Positions 38,341-50,194 of a DNA stretch of 64,000 bases are shown one piece after another. This DNA comes from Mustelus asterias. Its lineage: Eukaryota. Positions within the stretch are counted from its first letter, which is position 1. Every line of letters begins with the position of its first letter. The notes beneath the pieces are model-generated. The model was given only the letters and a program-made list of their open reading frames with translations, was not told the origin of the DNA and did no database searches. The position numbers were made by a program, and so were the translations under genes. The DNA lies in contig NC_135804.1 of the NCBI RefSeq assembly GCF_964213995.1, forward strand, positions 59,706,001 to 59,770,000, given 5' to 3'.

Positions 38341-40299
38341 GAAATATATCGCATAGAGTAAGAATGAGTGTGAGAAATGCGACCAAGTTGGCGAAGTGTG
38401 ATGAATCTCTCAGTGAGTTTTGAATAAAGAAATTTCAAAATATTTGCTTATTTTTTGAAGCACAGACATCCCACAAAGCAAATATAATTTTTTTTCCAAT
38501 GGTCCCGGAGGGCTATCAAATCTAGCTGGACAGCGCCGCCCACTCCCAAAGTCTCTCACCTCAAGACAGCTTTTAGGAGAAAGTGTGCTCCAAAATGTTA
38601 TCAGGTTACACTGGACATCTGTCCCTACCCAGGGAAGTGGGTGCTCCATATCACGCCAGTTCTGGGATTTTGCTGTTGGATACACATATATAGAGCAGAA
38701 CCTCTGGCAGTGCCTCGCAAGGCCAATGGGATTGGTGGGGAGGTGAGGTTGGTCGTAAGTGGCAACACTGAGCGTCGGTGATCAGTAAGGGCCTTCCCAA
38801 TTATTGGAGACGGGCACTCAGAGAAATGGGCAGAGGTGGACACCACCCGAGAGGAACGTTATAGAGAAGGTACCTGAGGGGGAGGGGTGTCTTGCACATC
38901 CAAAGAGCAAGTTAAATTTTTGCTTAAAAAAACAATTCCAGGGATTCTGGAAACTCGCTATCACACATGACCCTCAGCTGAAACTGCGTTGACATGTTAA
39001 AATAGAATACGTGTCTGCAGACGACAGAACACCCTCAAACCACATGTGCTAGTGAGCAGTTGCTCTGAGGTCAGTGCTGTAGAATGACAGCAAAGAAATA
39101 ACAGAACATTGTTACCCATCCAACGCACTGATCGCAGTGTAACACTGTCCACCAGTTCCAAGCAACTGAAAATTTCCCAATTGTTTCAAAGAAACGTTTA
39201 GAAATTCTAAGGCTAAATGATTAGCATTTGTGAACACTCTCCAACCAATATCCGAGCCATTTACTTCAAATGCTGGAGGACAAGGAATAGTCAGAGACAC
39301 AGACGGGATAATTTCTAAACGTTCTTATTGACAGCACTCCAGTATATGAACCCTGCCGTAGAAATCCCATTGCTTTCTAATTAATTGGATTAGAAATGAG
39401 TACTTGGCACACCATAACATTCAGGCTATGGTCCAAGTGCAGGCAAGTGGGATTAGGTGGGCAGGTCAGGGCATTTCATGCGTCGGTGCAGACTCGATGG
39501 GCCGAAGGGCCTCTTCTGCGCTGTAGTGATCTGTGATTCTGTGAAAACAGCAGGGTGAAAAACAACATTTCACACGTGTGTCTTAGATGACGCATTTCCA
39601 ATCGGATGACACTGTTGCTTTGTCTGGTCCCAGTTTGCCTCGCTCACTGACTTTACATTGCCCCTTCAGGGCCATGTTCGTTTTCTCCTTGTTTCCGAAA
39701 TAATGCTGCACCATTTACATTCGAAAACAACTGATCCTATCTCCTCAAACATGTTCCCCCCCCCCCCCCCCCCCCCACGCCAGTCCCACTCCCACGCCGC
39801 TCCGTCCCGAAACGAATTCCACGACTACCGGATTTGTGTTCACAATCCACCGAGAAAGAGGAAACTGTCGTTTGGTTCAAAGTGGCTACATGTAAATGTC
39901 AAACAGTCACCGTCCACTCACTCATATCACACATAGCAATGACCGCAGAAAATAAACACTTCACTGGTTGCGAAGAACTTTACCATATACCGAGATCATA
40001 ACAGGTGTTACATAAGTGCTGGTTCTGGCTTTATTTAACTGTGATGGCTGCAGTGAAAATGTCGTTATTTCAGAGTTTTTTTTAAGATACAAGTGTTTCA
40101 TTTTGCAACATCAGCCAAGAATTTGAAGAAATGTTTACAAATTTTTTGCTCCTTCCACACTAAGTTACAATCAACAAAATAACACAAAATAAAGGCACAG
40201 CTTCCATAAGAAGCTACGTTTACAGTTCAATAATGCTTTAGAAATTGTTTAAATGTCACTTCAAAATAGTCCGTAGAAAATGTAATGAAGCAAATGGTT

Positions 40300-40568
40300 T
40301 TAAGCACGCTCCCCCCGGATCCGTCGTGGCAGCTGGACAGATTATGTTTTTGGACATAATGGTCACTCCTTTGGCATGGATGGCACACAGGTTGGTATCA
40401 TCGAACAGGCTAACCAAGTACACCTCACTGGCTTCCTGCAATGCTCCAATTGCAGCACCAGTTCCTCAGCTGCGTTTTGAAGTCCTCGTCAATTTCCCTC
40501 TCCAGACGCTGAAAGGACAGCAAACAGTTAAGCAACTCCATGGAGTTCTGGTATTAGCGGATTTCTTG
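40300..40568 (-). pseudogene. H3F3: Processed histone H3.3 pseudogene, 5'-truncated
   Basis: The reverse strand reads [30 protein letters not shown] / [36 protein letters not shown] / [16 protein letters not shown] is diagnostic of H3.3. No intron at LQ|EA; stops and frameshifts present. A-versus-B parent cannot be told. Confidence 0.9.
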
Positions 40569-40991
40569 GCAACTGTCTTTCAAAAGAGCACAGGCTGCTT
40601 GCTGTGCTAATGTGTTATTGGACATATTCTGGCGTTCAACTAAGGTTAACAAAGGCCCTCCCATTCACACTATGCCACATGTGCCCTTTTCAAACAGTAT
40701 TACTATCAAATTTTGGCGTGTCCTTCCTGTCTCACGGGTAATGTACGTATTGGCGAGAGGGAAGACAATGGAAGCGGGCAGGGGAACTTTAACCTACTAC
40801 GACACAAGAGATGGATGCGGGTTGGTTTATTTTCTTAAACCGTTTGTCTATCCCTCAAGCCAAGTTCTCCCATTTTACATGATGACGAGTTAGGTGGGAT
40901 TAAAAAAAACCAATCTGTTCCCAGAGGCAAGATTGGAACTTAAATATATTTGACATGACTATACGCCTCAGAGGGTTGGCAGTGTGACTGC

Positions 40992-41292
40992 GGGCAGGAC
41001 GGTGGCACATGGTTCGCACTGCTGCCTCACAGCGCCAGGAACCACGTTCGATTGCCATCTTGCATTACTCTCTGTGCGGAGTCCACACGTTCTCCCCTTG
41101 TCTGCATGGGTTTCCTCTGGCTGCTCTGATTTCCTCCCACAGTCCAAAAGATGTGCTGGTTAGGTGCATTAGCCGTGCTAAATTCTCCCTCAGTGTACAC
41201 GAACAGGCGTCAAGCGTGGGGACTAGGGGATTTTCACAGTAACTTCATTGCAGTGCTAATGTAAGTTTACTTGTGACACTAATAAATAAACA
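40992..41292 (+). mobile_element. tRNA-derived V-SINE with alternative tail (gtaacttcattgcagtg...cttgtgacactaataaataaac)
   Basis: Head and V-core as in HE1; different 3' tail. Confidence 0.85.
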
Positions 41293-42423
41293 TTAAAAAA
41301 CGTTATTCAGGAAGCCCGATTGGAAAGGAATGGAATTGATTCGAGTTCTTTGAATGCATAACATGCTGTGGATAAAAAAGGGCAACAACCACATTCCATT
41401 AAAAAATAGAGAAACGCTGATGTGCTTCGCAGGTCGTCGGCCGACACGTGCCAATGGGTGACACATCGCCTGACAGAAAGAACGCTTTGCAAATAAATCA
41501 ATCACTGTCCATTTCTGTGGCTCTTAGGTGCAATTGATCAAAGATTGTCGGCTTTACATCTTGCGAATTTCATCGAGGCAATCAGTATCACTATGTCTTC
41601 TCACTCCCGCGTTGGAGACACGAATCAGATGGCTTGATTAGGGGGAAAGATTGATTCCACTTGCAAAGTGCGTCCTAATTCAGTTCGCCGAGGCACGGCT
41701 GACATTGCACAATTTTCCATTGTTTAGGACCGGCCCTCTCCCTCCAGACTTGCACCATTGCCAGTGGAAAATCCTCCGCCCGCTTATAGCTTCGAATTGC
41801 ACTCAATTCGCCTCCCGGCAACCATTAGAACCCGCCATCGGGAAAAGTGGCAGGCGGCCTTTAAAAAAGTATTTTCTTTTTCGGTTTGCGCGCCGGAAAA
41901 TTTTACTTTTTCACGACACCACCCACATCTCCACCGCTACCCCTGCGTGCCGCCTCACCGTCCGCCTGTAAACCTTCCGTCATGGACCTTGGAAACCACA
42001 TTCCTTCCCCAGCCCCATTCTCGACGTCGAATTTCGCTCAGTTGATTTGCTCTTCCTCCGTGAAGGTCGGGTCTATAGAAGCGCGTAAGCACAGGGCGTA
42101 CGAAAAAGAGCAGGTCATTTGGCCCCTCGAGGCTGCTCTGCCTTTCAATAAGATAATTGCTGATTCGCCTGCCTTTCGAGACCTACATTATCTTCTCCCG
42201 CCGATAACCTTTGGTTCCGTTGTCAAACACAACTCTATCACTGCTTTAAAAATATTCACTGGCCTTCTGAGGTAGAGGTCAAAAGTCGCTAAACCCTCTG
42301 AGAATAAAATATTATCTCTTTATATCTGTCCGATTAGGGCGAGCACATATTTTAAAACAATGCCCCAATTTCTGAACTGACCTATCCTTCCACCATACCA
42401 AGACCATTCGCGATCTGACATAC

Positions 42424-43345
42424 TTAAATACAGATTAAGGAGAATCCCAAGGCTTTCTACAAATATGTCAAGAGTAAAAGGATGAGATGTGAAGGCATAG
42501 GACCCTTAAAAGGTGAAGGGGGAAAAGTTTGTGCGGAACCGTTAGAAATGGCGGAGCTGCTTAATGAATACTTTACCTCGGTATTCACGGTGGAAAGGGA
42601 TCTGGGTGGTTGTACTGCTGGATTGCGGAGGACAGAAAGGATCGAGCATGTGGACATAAAGAAAGAGGATGTGTTGGAACTATTGAATGGCATCAAGGTT
42701 GGTAAGTCGCCGGGACCGGATGGGATGTACCCCAGGTTACTGTGGGAGGCGAGGGAGGAGATTGCGGAGCCTTTGGCGATGATCTTTGCATCGTCGATGG
42801 AGACGGGAGAGGTTCCGGAGGATTGGAGGATTGCGGATGTGGTCCCTATATTCAAGAAAGGGAACAGGGACAGCCCGTGAAATTACCGACCGGTGAGTCT
42901 AACCTCAGTGGTTGGTAAGTTGATGGAGAGGATCCTGAGAGACAGGATTTATGATCATCTAGAGAAGTTTAGTATGATCAAAAGTAGTCAGCACGGCTTT
43001 GTCAGGGGCAGGTCGTGCCTTACGAGCCTGGTTGAGTTCTTTGAAAATGTGACCAAGCACATTGACGAAGGAAGAGCGGTGGATGTGGTCTATATGGACT
43101 TCAGCAAAGCGTTCGATAAGGTCCCCCATGCAAGACTTCTTGAGAAAGTGAGAGGGCATGGGATCCAAGGGGCTGTTGCCTTGTGGATCCAGAACTGGCT
43201 TGCCTGCAGAAGGCAGAGAGTGGCTGTGGAGGGGTCTTTCTCTGCATGGAGGTCAGTGACCAGTGGAGTGCCCCAGGGATCTGTTCTGGGACCCTTGCTG
43301 TTTGTCATTTTCATAAATGACCTGGATGAGGAAGTGGAGGGATGA
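42424..43345 (+). mobile_element. Young CR1 ORF2 segment (linker + N-half of RT), inverted relative to the adjacent 5' part
   Basis: IKENPKAFYKYVKSKR...KSPGPDG...[11 protein letters not shown]...QHGF...[26 protein letters not shown]; one nonsense codon at 42878-42880. Confidence 0.92.
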
Positions 43346-44189
43346 CACTGTATTTCCCTTTACTCCAGAGAAACACTTTCCTAGCCTGCCTGACCCTATC
43401 TCTTTCCAATGCTATCGTGAAGGAGATAGAATTATGATCGCTATCCCCAAGATGCTCACCCACCGAGAGATCCTCCACCTGTCCAGGTTCATTAGCCAGC
43501 ACCAGATCAAGAACAGCCTCTCCTCTAGTAGGCTTATCCACATACTGTGTCAGGAAACTCTCCTGGACACACCTAACAAACTCCTCTCCATCCAAACCCC
43601 TAGCCCTAGGGATATTCCAATCTATGTTTGGGAAATTAAAATCTCCCATCACGACAACTCTGTTATTCCTACATCTCTCCAGGATCTGTTTCCCCATCTG
43701 CTCCTCAACATCTCTGTTACTATTGGGCGGCCTATAGAAAACACCCAGCAAAGTTACCGACCCCTTCCTGTTCCTAACCTCCACCCACAGAGATTCCGTA
43801 GTCAGTCCCTCCACGGCGTCCACCTTCTCTACAGCCGTGACACTATCCCTGATCAACAGTGCCACTCCCCCCCCTCTCTTGCCTCCCTCCCTGTCCTTCC
43901 TGAAACATCTAAAACCCGGCACCTGAAGCACCCAGTCCTGTCCCTGAGACATCCAAGTCTCCGTAATGGCCACCACATCACAATTCGAAGCAGCAATCCA
44001 CGCTCCAAGCTCATCCACTTTATTCACTACACTCCTGGCATTAAAATAGACACATCTCAGACCTTCAGCCTGAGCACTTCCCTTCTCCCTCACTCGTCTA
44101 ACCTCCCTCTTACCCTGTCTACATTCCTTATCTATTTGCGAGCTAACCTCCTCGCTCTCAGTCCCCTCATTTCGATTCCCTCCCCCCAA
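43342..44189 (-). CDS. CR1 ORF2 N-terminus, APE-like endonuclease (truncated at the inversion junction)
   Basis: [41 protein letters not shown] motifs. Confidence 0.9.
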
Positions 44190-44194
44190 CCTTT

Positions 44195-45112
44195 CTAGTT
44201 TAAAGTCTCACCAGTAGCCTTAGCCAACCTTCCCGCCAGGATATTGGTCCCCCTGGGATTCAAGTGCCACCCGTCTTTTTTAAACAGGTCACACCTGCCC
44301 CTAAAGAGGTCCCAATGATCCAAGTACCCAAATCCTTGTCCCTTGCTCCAGTCCCTCAGCCACGCATTAATTCTCCACCGATTCCTGTTCTCACTCTCCC
44401 GCGGCACAGGCAGCAATCCCGAGATTACTACCTTTGCATTCCTCTTTCTCAGCTGTCTACCCAACTCCCTATATTCTCTTTTCATGACCCCTTCCCTCTT
44501 CCTACCTATGTCAGCAGTACCTATATGCATCACGACCTTGGGCTCCTCTCCCTCCCCCTTCAGGATTTCTGGGACTCGACCAGAGACATCCCGGACCCCT
44601 GCACCAGGGAGGCAAACCACCATCCGAGAGTCCCGTCTGTGTCCGCAAAAACGCCTATCTGACCCTCTCACCGTAGAGTCCCCAATTAGCACTACCCTCC
44701 TTTCCTTACCCCTTTGCACTACTGGGCCAGGCTCAGCTCCAGAGACACTGCCACCGCTGCTTCCCCCAGGTGGGCTGTCCACCCCAGTAGTACTCAGACA
44801 GGAGTACTTATTATTAAGGGGCACATCCACCGGGGTGCTCACCATCACCCGAGCTTTCTCCTTCCTCACTGTTACCCAGTTACCCTCCTCCCGTGGTCCC
44901 GGTGTGACCACCTGCCGATAGCTCCTGTCAATGACCTCCTCACTATCCCTAACCCGGCGAAGGTCCTCGAGCTGCAATTCCAGTTCCCTAACATGGTCCC
45001 TTAGGAACCGCAGCTCAACACACCCAGCACAGATATGGTCGTCTGGGAGGCTAGGAGCCTCCAGGACCTCCCACATCCTACATTGGGAACAACATACTGG
45101 CCTGACAGTCAT
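44195..45112 (-). CDS. CR1 ORF1p: zinc-finger/leucine zipper + SGNH esterase domain
   Basis: CxxC..CxxC (CCSQC, CAGC), heptad LRDHVRELELQLEDL, GDS, PGA, HIGTAD, DGWH; open frame. Confidence 0.9.
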   Translation of the reverse strand: MTVRPVCCSQCRMWEVLEAPSLPDDHICAGCVELRFLRDHVRELELQLEDLRRVRDSEEVIDRSYRQVVTPGPREEGNWVTVRKEKARVMVSTPVDVPLNNKYSCLSTTGVDSPPGGSSGGSVSGAEPGPVVQRGKERRVVLIGDSTVRGSDRRFCGHRRDSRMVVCLPGAGVRDVSGRVPEILKGEGEEPKVVMHIGTADIGRKREGVMKREYRELGRQLRKRNAKVVISGLLPVPRESENRNRWRINAWLRDWSKGQGFGYLDHWDLFRGRCDLFKKDGWHLNPRGTNILAGRLAKATGETLN

Positions 45113-45390
45113 ACTTGCCCTTTTAAACACAGGGAAAAAAGTGAATGAAGATTATTCCTCTCTGTTCCAAATTATTTCTACCAAGGTACCCGGAGAAAAG
45201 TAACTTATAAATAAAATTTTTTAAAAATAAGAAACTCACCCCTGCTCGCCCTTTCTGCCTAAGCCCGATGAGCCAAAGCCCCTCAGTTCTCACTCAGCTC
45301 CGTCTCACTCCGCTGCCCGTTCCCAACGCTGCCCGCTAGATAGTGGGACCTGCCTTTTAAACCTCCTGTGCACTAAAAAAAAACTCAAGA

Positions 45391-46550
45391 GACCCTTCCC
45401 AGTAAACCCCGCGGCCACTGCCGGTTGCGCGCCAAAATTTAAAACTAAATTAAATAAATAAATAACACCCGCGGAAAAGTACTTAAAACTAATTCTTACC
45501 CCAAAAATCCTGTCACCAGTCACAGCTCTGCCTTTCTCCACAGCAACAAGAGGACTAACCTCCCAACTAACTGACTTATATAGAACTTTTGACCCTTCCC
45601 AGTAAACCCCGCGGCCACTGCCGGTTGCGCGCCAAAATTTAAAACTAAATTAAATAAATAAATAACACCCGCGGAAAAGTACTTAAAACTAATTCTTACC
45701 CCAAAAATCCTGTCACCAGTCACAGCTCTGCCTTTCTCCACAGCAACAAGAGGACTAACCTCCCAACTAACTGACTTATATAGAACTTTTGACCCTTCCC
45801 AGTAAACCCCGCGGCCACTGCCGGTTGCGCGCCAAAATTTAAAACTAAATTAAATAAATAAATAACACCCGCGGAAAAGTACTTAAAACTAATTCTTACC
45901 CCAAAAATCCTGTCACCAGTCACAGCTCTGCCTTTCTCCACAGCAACAAGAGGACTAACCTCCCAACTAACTGACTTATATAGAACTTTTGACCCTTCCC
46001 AGTAAACCCCGCGGCCACTGCCGGTTGCGCGCCAAAATTTAAAACTAAATTAAATAAATAAATAACACCCGCGGAAAAGTACTTAAAACTAATTCTTACC
46101 CCAAAAATCCTGTCACCAGTCACAGCTCTGCCTTTCTCCACAGCAACAAGAGGACTAACCTCCCAACTAACTGACTTATATAGAACTTTTGACCCTTCCC
46201 AGTAAACCCCGCGGCCACTGCCGGTTGCGCGCCAAAATTTAAAACTAAATTAAATAAATAAATAACACCCGCGGAAAAGTACTTAAAACTAATTCTTACC
46301 CCAAAAATCCTGTCACCAGTCACAGCTCTGCCTTTCTCCACAGCAACAAGAGGACTAACCTCCCAACTAACTGACTTATATAGAACTTTTGACCCTTCCC
46401 AGTAAACCCCGCGGCCACTGCCGGTTGCGCGCCAAAATTTAAAACTAAATTAAATAAATAAATAACACCCGCGGAAAAGTACTTAAAACTAATTCTTACC
46501 CCAAAAATCCTGTCACCAGTCACAGCTCTGCCTTTCTCCACAGCAACAAG
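45391..46550 (-). repeat. Perfect tandem array, 200-bp unit x 5.8, forming the CR1 5' end
   Basis: Units start at 45391, 45591, 45791, 45991, 46191 and 46391 (last one 160 bp). They appear identical by eye. Confidence 0.97.
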
Positions 46551-46589
46551 TCCTCAATGTTCAGGACCACCCCCCCCCCCCCCCCCCCC

Positions 46590-47110
46590 CACCCGACTTT
46601 GTCATACTGCAGTCACATATGCGCAATGGCTTTCAGTTCATATTTATTTACATCACAGTTCGCTATGAGTTTGTTTGATTTGTCACAAACGTTTTGCGCA
46701 TTCAGATACATAACCTTTAGTTTTGTCTTTTTGTTCCAGTTGCAACTTTTGGTCTTGAATCTTGGTATTTTCTTCGGGTTCTTCACTCCGCCCCTTTCTG
46801 CCATTGCCCAACTCTTATTTCCCATATTGCTGTTTTCCTTGCTTACATTGTCTCCAGTCATTGATATAAAACACCTTACTTGTCACTTGTCCGAACTATT
46901 TAGCTCAAATCCTTCTCTACTTCTCTAGTAATGCTGTTTCCAAGAATATTGGTCTCAACACATTTCAGGTGTATACCACGTCAACGGTGTAGCCCCAAAT
47001 TTCCCCAGCACTGGTGCCAGTACCCACAAACTGAAACCCATTTCTCCCACGGTAGTCTTTGAGCCGTGTATTCATCATACTGATTTTATGTACTCGATGC
47101 CAATTTGAAC
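46590..47110 (-). mobile_element. Old CR1 remnant (ORF1 end/EN start); its likely 3' end lies at ~42085-42420
   Basis: KLKVMYLNAQNVCDKSNKL... resembles a CR1 endonuclease start. Confidence 0.65.
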
Positions 47111-47749
47111 CCTACTCCTCATCAAGCTTCAGATCTGCACTAAATTCCCTCAGATGCACTCAATTTGCCTGAGATATACTAAAGAGGCCTGTGGTTATGG
47201 TCACCTGAACTGGTGCTAGAGTTTCAACTAGTTTCAACCAGTTAGCTAATAAATAGTCAGAGATCACAGCAGAAAATTAGTTTACCTTCACAAAGCTGCA
47301 AGAAAAATAACTTAGCATTCCTATACATTGGCTATAATTGCGAGGATTCTGGGAGCTCGTCAGTCGTTAGTACGTTACCCAGTTCACAATCCTTACGTTT
47401 CCAGTCCCCAAATTATTGTCCGAGCTGTGCCTGGTCAGTCTTACTCTCTAAACCCAATCGCCATCCATCCTGCTTGATTAGTTTTTCATTGATTCGCTTT
47501 TGAGCAAATGGAGAAATCACTCCACTTCCCCACGCGCAACTGTCCGTATTTCCAATTTCGGTTCCAGCAACAGATATACATGGTACTTTCAGTTCTAGTT
47601 CTGCAATTCCAGCGAAACATTGGTTAATGTCAAAGTCTGTGCATAATTGTCACGCCGCTGCCGTCAGTTGGTTGACAGAATAACATATGTTGCACAAAAG
47701 TTCTGCGCAGTGCCCTTAAAGGTATCTCCTGAGTTCCTGGTTATAACAA

Positions 47750-49050
47750 CCATAAGAAATAGGAGCAAGAATAGGCCATTCGGTCCAGCGAACCTTTTCT
47801 GCCATTCAATAGGATCATGATTGATCCGACATTCCTCACGTCCACTTTCCTGCCCTTTCCCCATAATCGTTGATTTTCTTACTGTGGGAAAAACTCAATC
47901 TTAGTTTTAATTATACACAAGTATTCTGGCCCCACAACTATCTATTGCAAGGAGTTCCAAAGAGTCTCAACCCTCTGAGAGAAGGCATTCACTCTCATTT
48001 CATTCTTAAATTGGCTCCCCTTTATTCTGAGACTATGTTCTCTGACCCTAGACTCTCACATGAGGGGAAATATCCTCTCAGCATTTACCCTGTCAAGCCC
48101 CTTAAGAAGCCTATATGTTTCAATGAGATCATCTCTCATTCGTCGAAATTCCAAGGAGTGGAGTCCCAATCTGTTTAAACTTTCCTCATAAGACAACCCT
48201 TCTGTACCGGGGATCATCTGAGTGAACCATCGCTGAATTACCTCCAATGGATTAAAATTTTGCTTAAATAAGGGGGGCAAAACCGCTCGTAGTACTCCAG
48301 GTGTGGTCTCGTCAGTACCTTGTACAGTTGCAGCAAGCCTCTCCTATTCCTATACTCCAATCCCTTTGAAAGAAGATCCAATATTCTACTAGCCTCCCGG
48401 ATTAGCTGCTGCACCTGTGTGTTCGCTTCCTGTGTTTTGTGCACAAGCATCTACAAGTCTCTTTGTGTTGCAGGTTTCGCCGGTTTTTCTCCACTTAAAT
48501 AATATTCAGTTCTTTAATTCTCCTCTCCAAATTGAACTTCACTTTCTCCCTCATTATCCTCCTTTTTCCCACTTTTTGTCGCCACTTACTTATCCGATTA
48601 ATATCTCTTTATCAACGTTTTGCATCCCTCTCACAACCTGCTTTTCCACCTATTGTTGTGTCGAATGCAAATATGGCGATAATAGATTCGCTTCCTTCCT
48701 TCAAGTCATTAATATATTTTAAACAGTTGCGATTCCAGCACTAATCTCTGTGGAACCACATTGGTTACTGGTCACCGACCTGAAAACGAACCCCTTATCC
48801 CCACTCACTGTTTCCTGCACATCCGCCAATTATCTATCCAACTCAAGACATTGAACACCATGAACTCCTTTCTTATGACTTAACCTTTTGTGAGGTACCT
48901 TGTCCAACGCCTTCTGGGAGTCCAAATTCAACACATCTACTGGTCCTCCTCTATCCACTCTGGTTGAGACATACTCGAAAAACTTTGATGAAATAGTCAG
49001 ACACGGTTTCCGTTTTATGAAACCATGCTGCCTCTGCTTGATTAGGGTAG
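47750..49050 (-). mobile_element. CR1 LINE 3' fragment
   Basis: QHGFIKRKPCLT, LTRPHLEYY, LGLHSLEFRRMRDDLIETY; tail cataagaaataggagc (reverse complement). Confidence 0.88.
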
Positions 49051-50194
49051 ACGTCTTTCCATTTAGATGAAAGGACGTGTTCCTTCCTGCCACAGTCTAT
49101 TACCATTTCCGCTTTTCCAACCGGATTGTTAAAAGATCATAGCCCCGCCGCACTCCGCTACTCCTCCGCCCACCCAACGCATCCGTGTAAATATTGCCTG
49201 CGGGAGAGAGCTGGCGAAGCAAGATTCCGACCGGCATTGCTCATTCTATTGGCCACCCGCCTCAGCTCCCCGACCAGGGGTGGACTGAAAAACAAGCTTT
49301 CGATATCTCACTTCACCAGAATTCATCAGCTAAACTGTGAACCCGTGCCTTCGTTGCAATCGCCCGCATATTTATTTTCGGTAAGCGACCCATCATTTTA
49401 ATATGCTTTTTCTCTGACGTTATTTCTCGTGTGTATGCATAGGTCGGAATGATCTTGGTTTCCATTACCTCATATCTGTTCATAGTATTTTTTATCAAGT
49501 TCAAAATTCTGTGATTGTGTCACTGCCAGAAAAGAGCCAGAGTCGATTTTCGATTGCACCCTAATCCCTTTCGTTATATTCCAGAAATAAAGGGTTGACT
49601 GGCCGAAACTCTGGATGAAGTTTCGCAGTTTGAGAAAGTTCAGGGCGTGTGAAGGCAGGTAAAGTGGCACGGGAATGTTTCACAGACGTTTCGTTCTTTT
49701 TCCTGCCGCCCTTTCATTTTGCCAGCGCAGGGAAAGGTGCCAGATGGATTGATTTGCGCGGGGCGCACTTGGGGCATGAAAATGGCCAATTACGCGCGAC
49801 TTCACACGTCAGCGGATCTTTCTCCCCACCCGGAGGCTCTACTGCAGTATTGGGAGATCACCAGTTGGCCGGGGGAAAACCTGGACAGTCTCTCCAATCC
49901 GACTTACCTGGCTTGGAAGACGCACCGCTATTGATAGGTGGCGCTGCTGAGACCAGTGAGCTGCTGAGGATGCACATGGTTTGCAACAAACGCTTCCCTT
50001 GAAGCCATGCGTCAAAGTGACTATGAGGGATTGTGAAAGTGAAATAAAAGTACGCCTTTTAGTACCTGAACTTGATTTTAGCTGAAGTATTTATCTGTTA
50101 ATAATTATAAATTATTCAACCGAAGCGCAGGAGGACTTTTGAAATTTCGATATCGTGAATATTGAAAAGAAAACATTCCTACTTCTGAAAATGA

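Larger units (their letters stand above)
43342..46550 (-). mobile_element. Young CR1 LINE 5' half: monomer-array 5'UTR, ORF1, APE endonuclease
   Basis: See the ORF1, endonuclease and tandem-array entries. Confidence 0.92.

Noticed and set aside
39112-39300. - strand ORF with VSLTIPC...W...LEFLNVS resembling the V exon
   Set aside because: W-to-E-strand spacing too short, no DxGxYxC, no splice sites; the LEFLNV match overlaps a 14-bp local inverted repeat. Probably chance.
43317-44921. Long + strand ORFs (293, 132, 192 aa), and - strand ORFs at 57001-57972
   Set aside because: Antisense shadows of CR1 ORFs.
45305-46541. Six repeated 73-78 aa ORFs (MEKGRAVTGDRIF...)
   Set aside because: By-products of the 200-bp array; GTG starts and no protein motifs.
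45391-46550. Array as CRISPR
   Set aside because: Units are fully identical with no spacers; eukaryotic context, no cas genes.
49210-49256. MHC-type X-Y promoter module
   Set aside because: X-box match poor and no MHC exons nearby.
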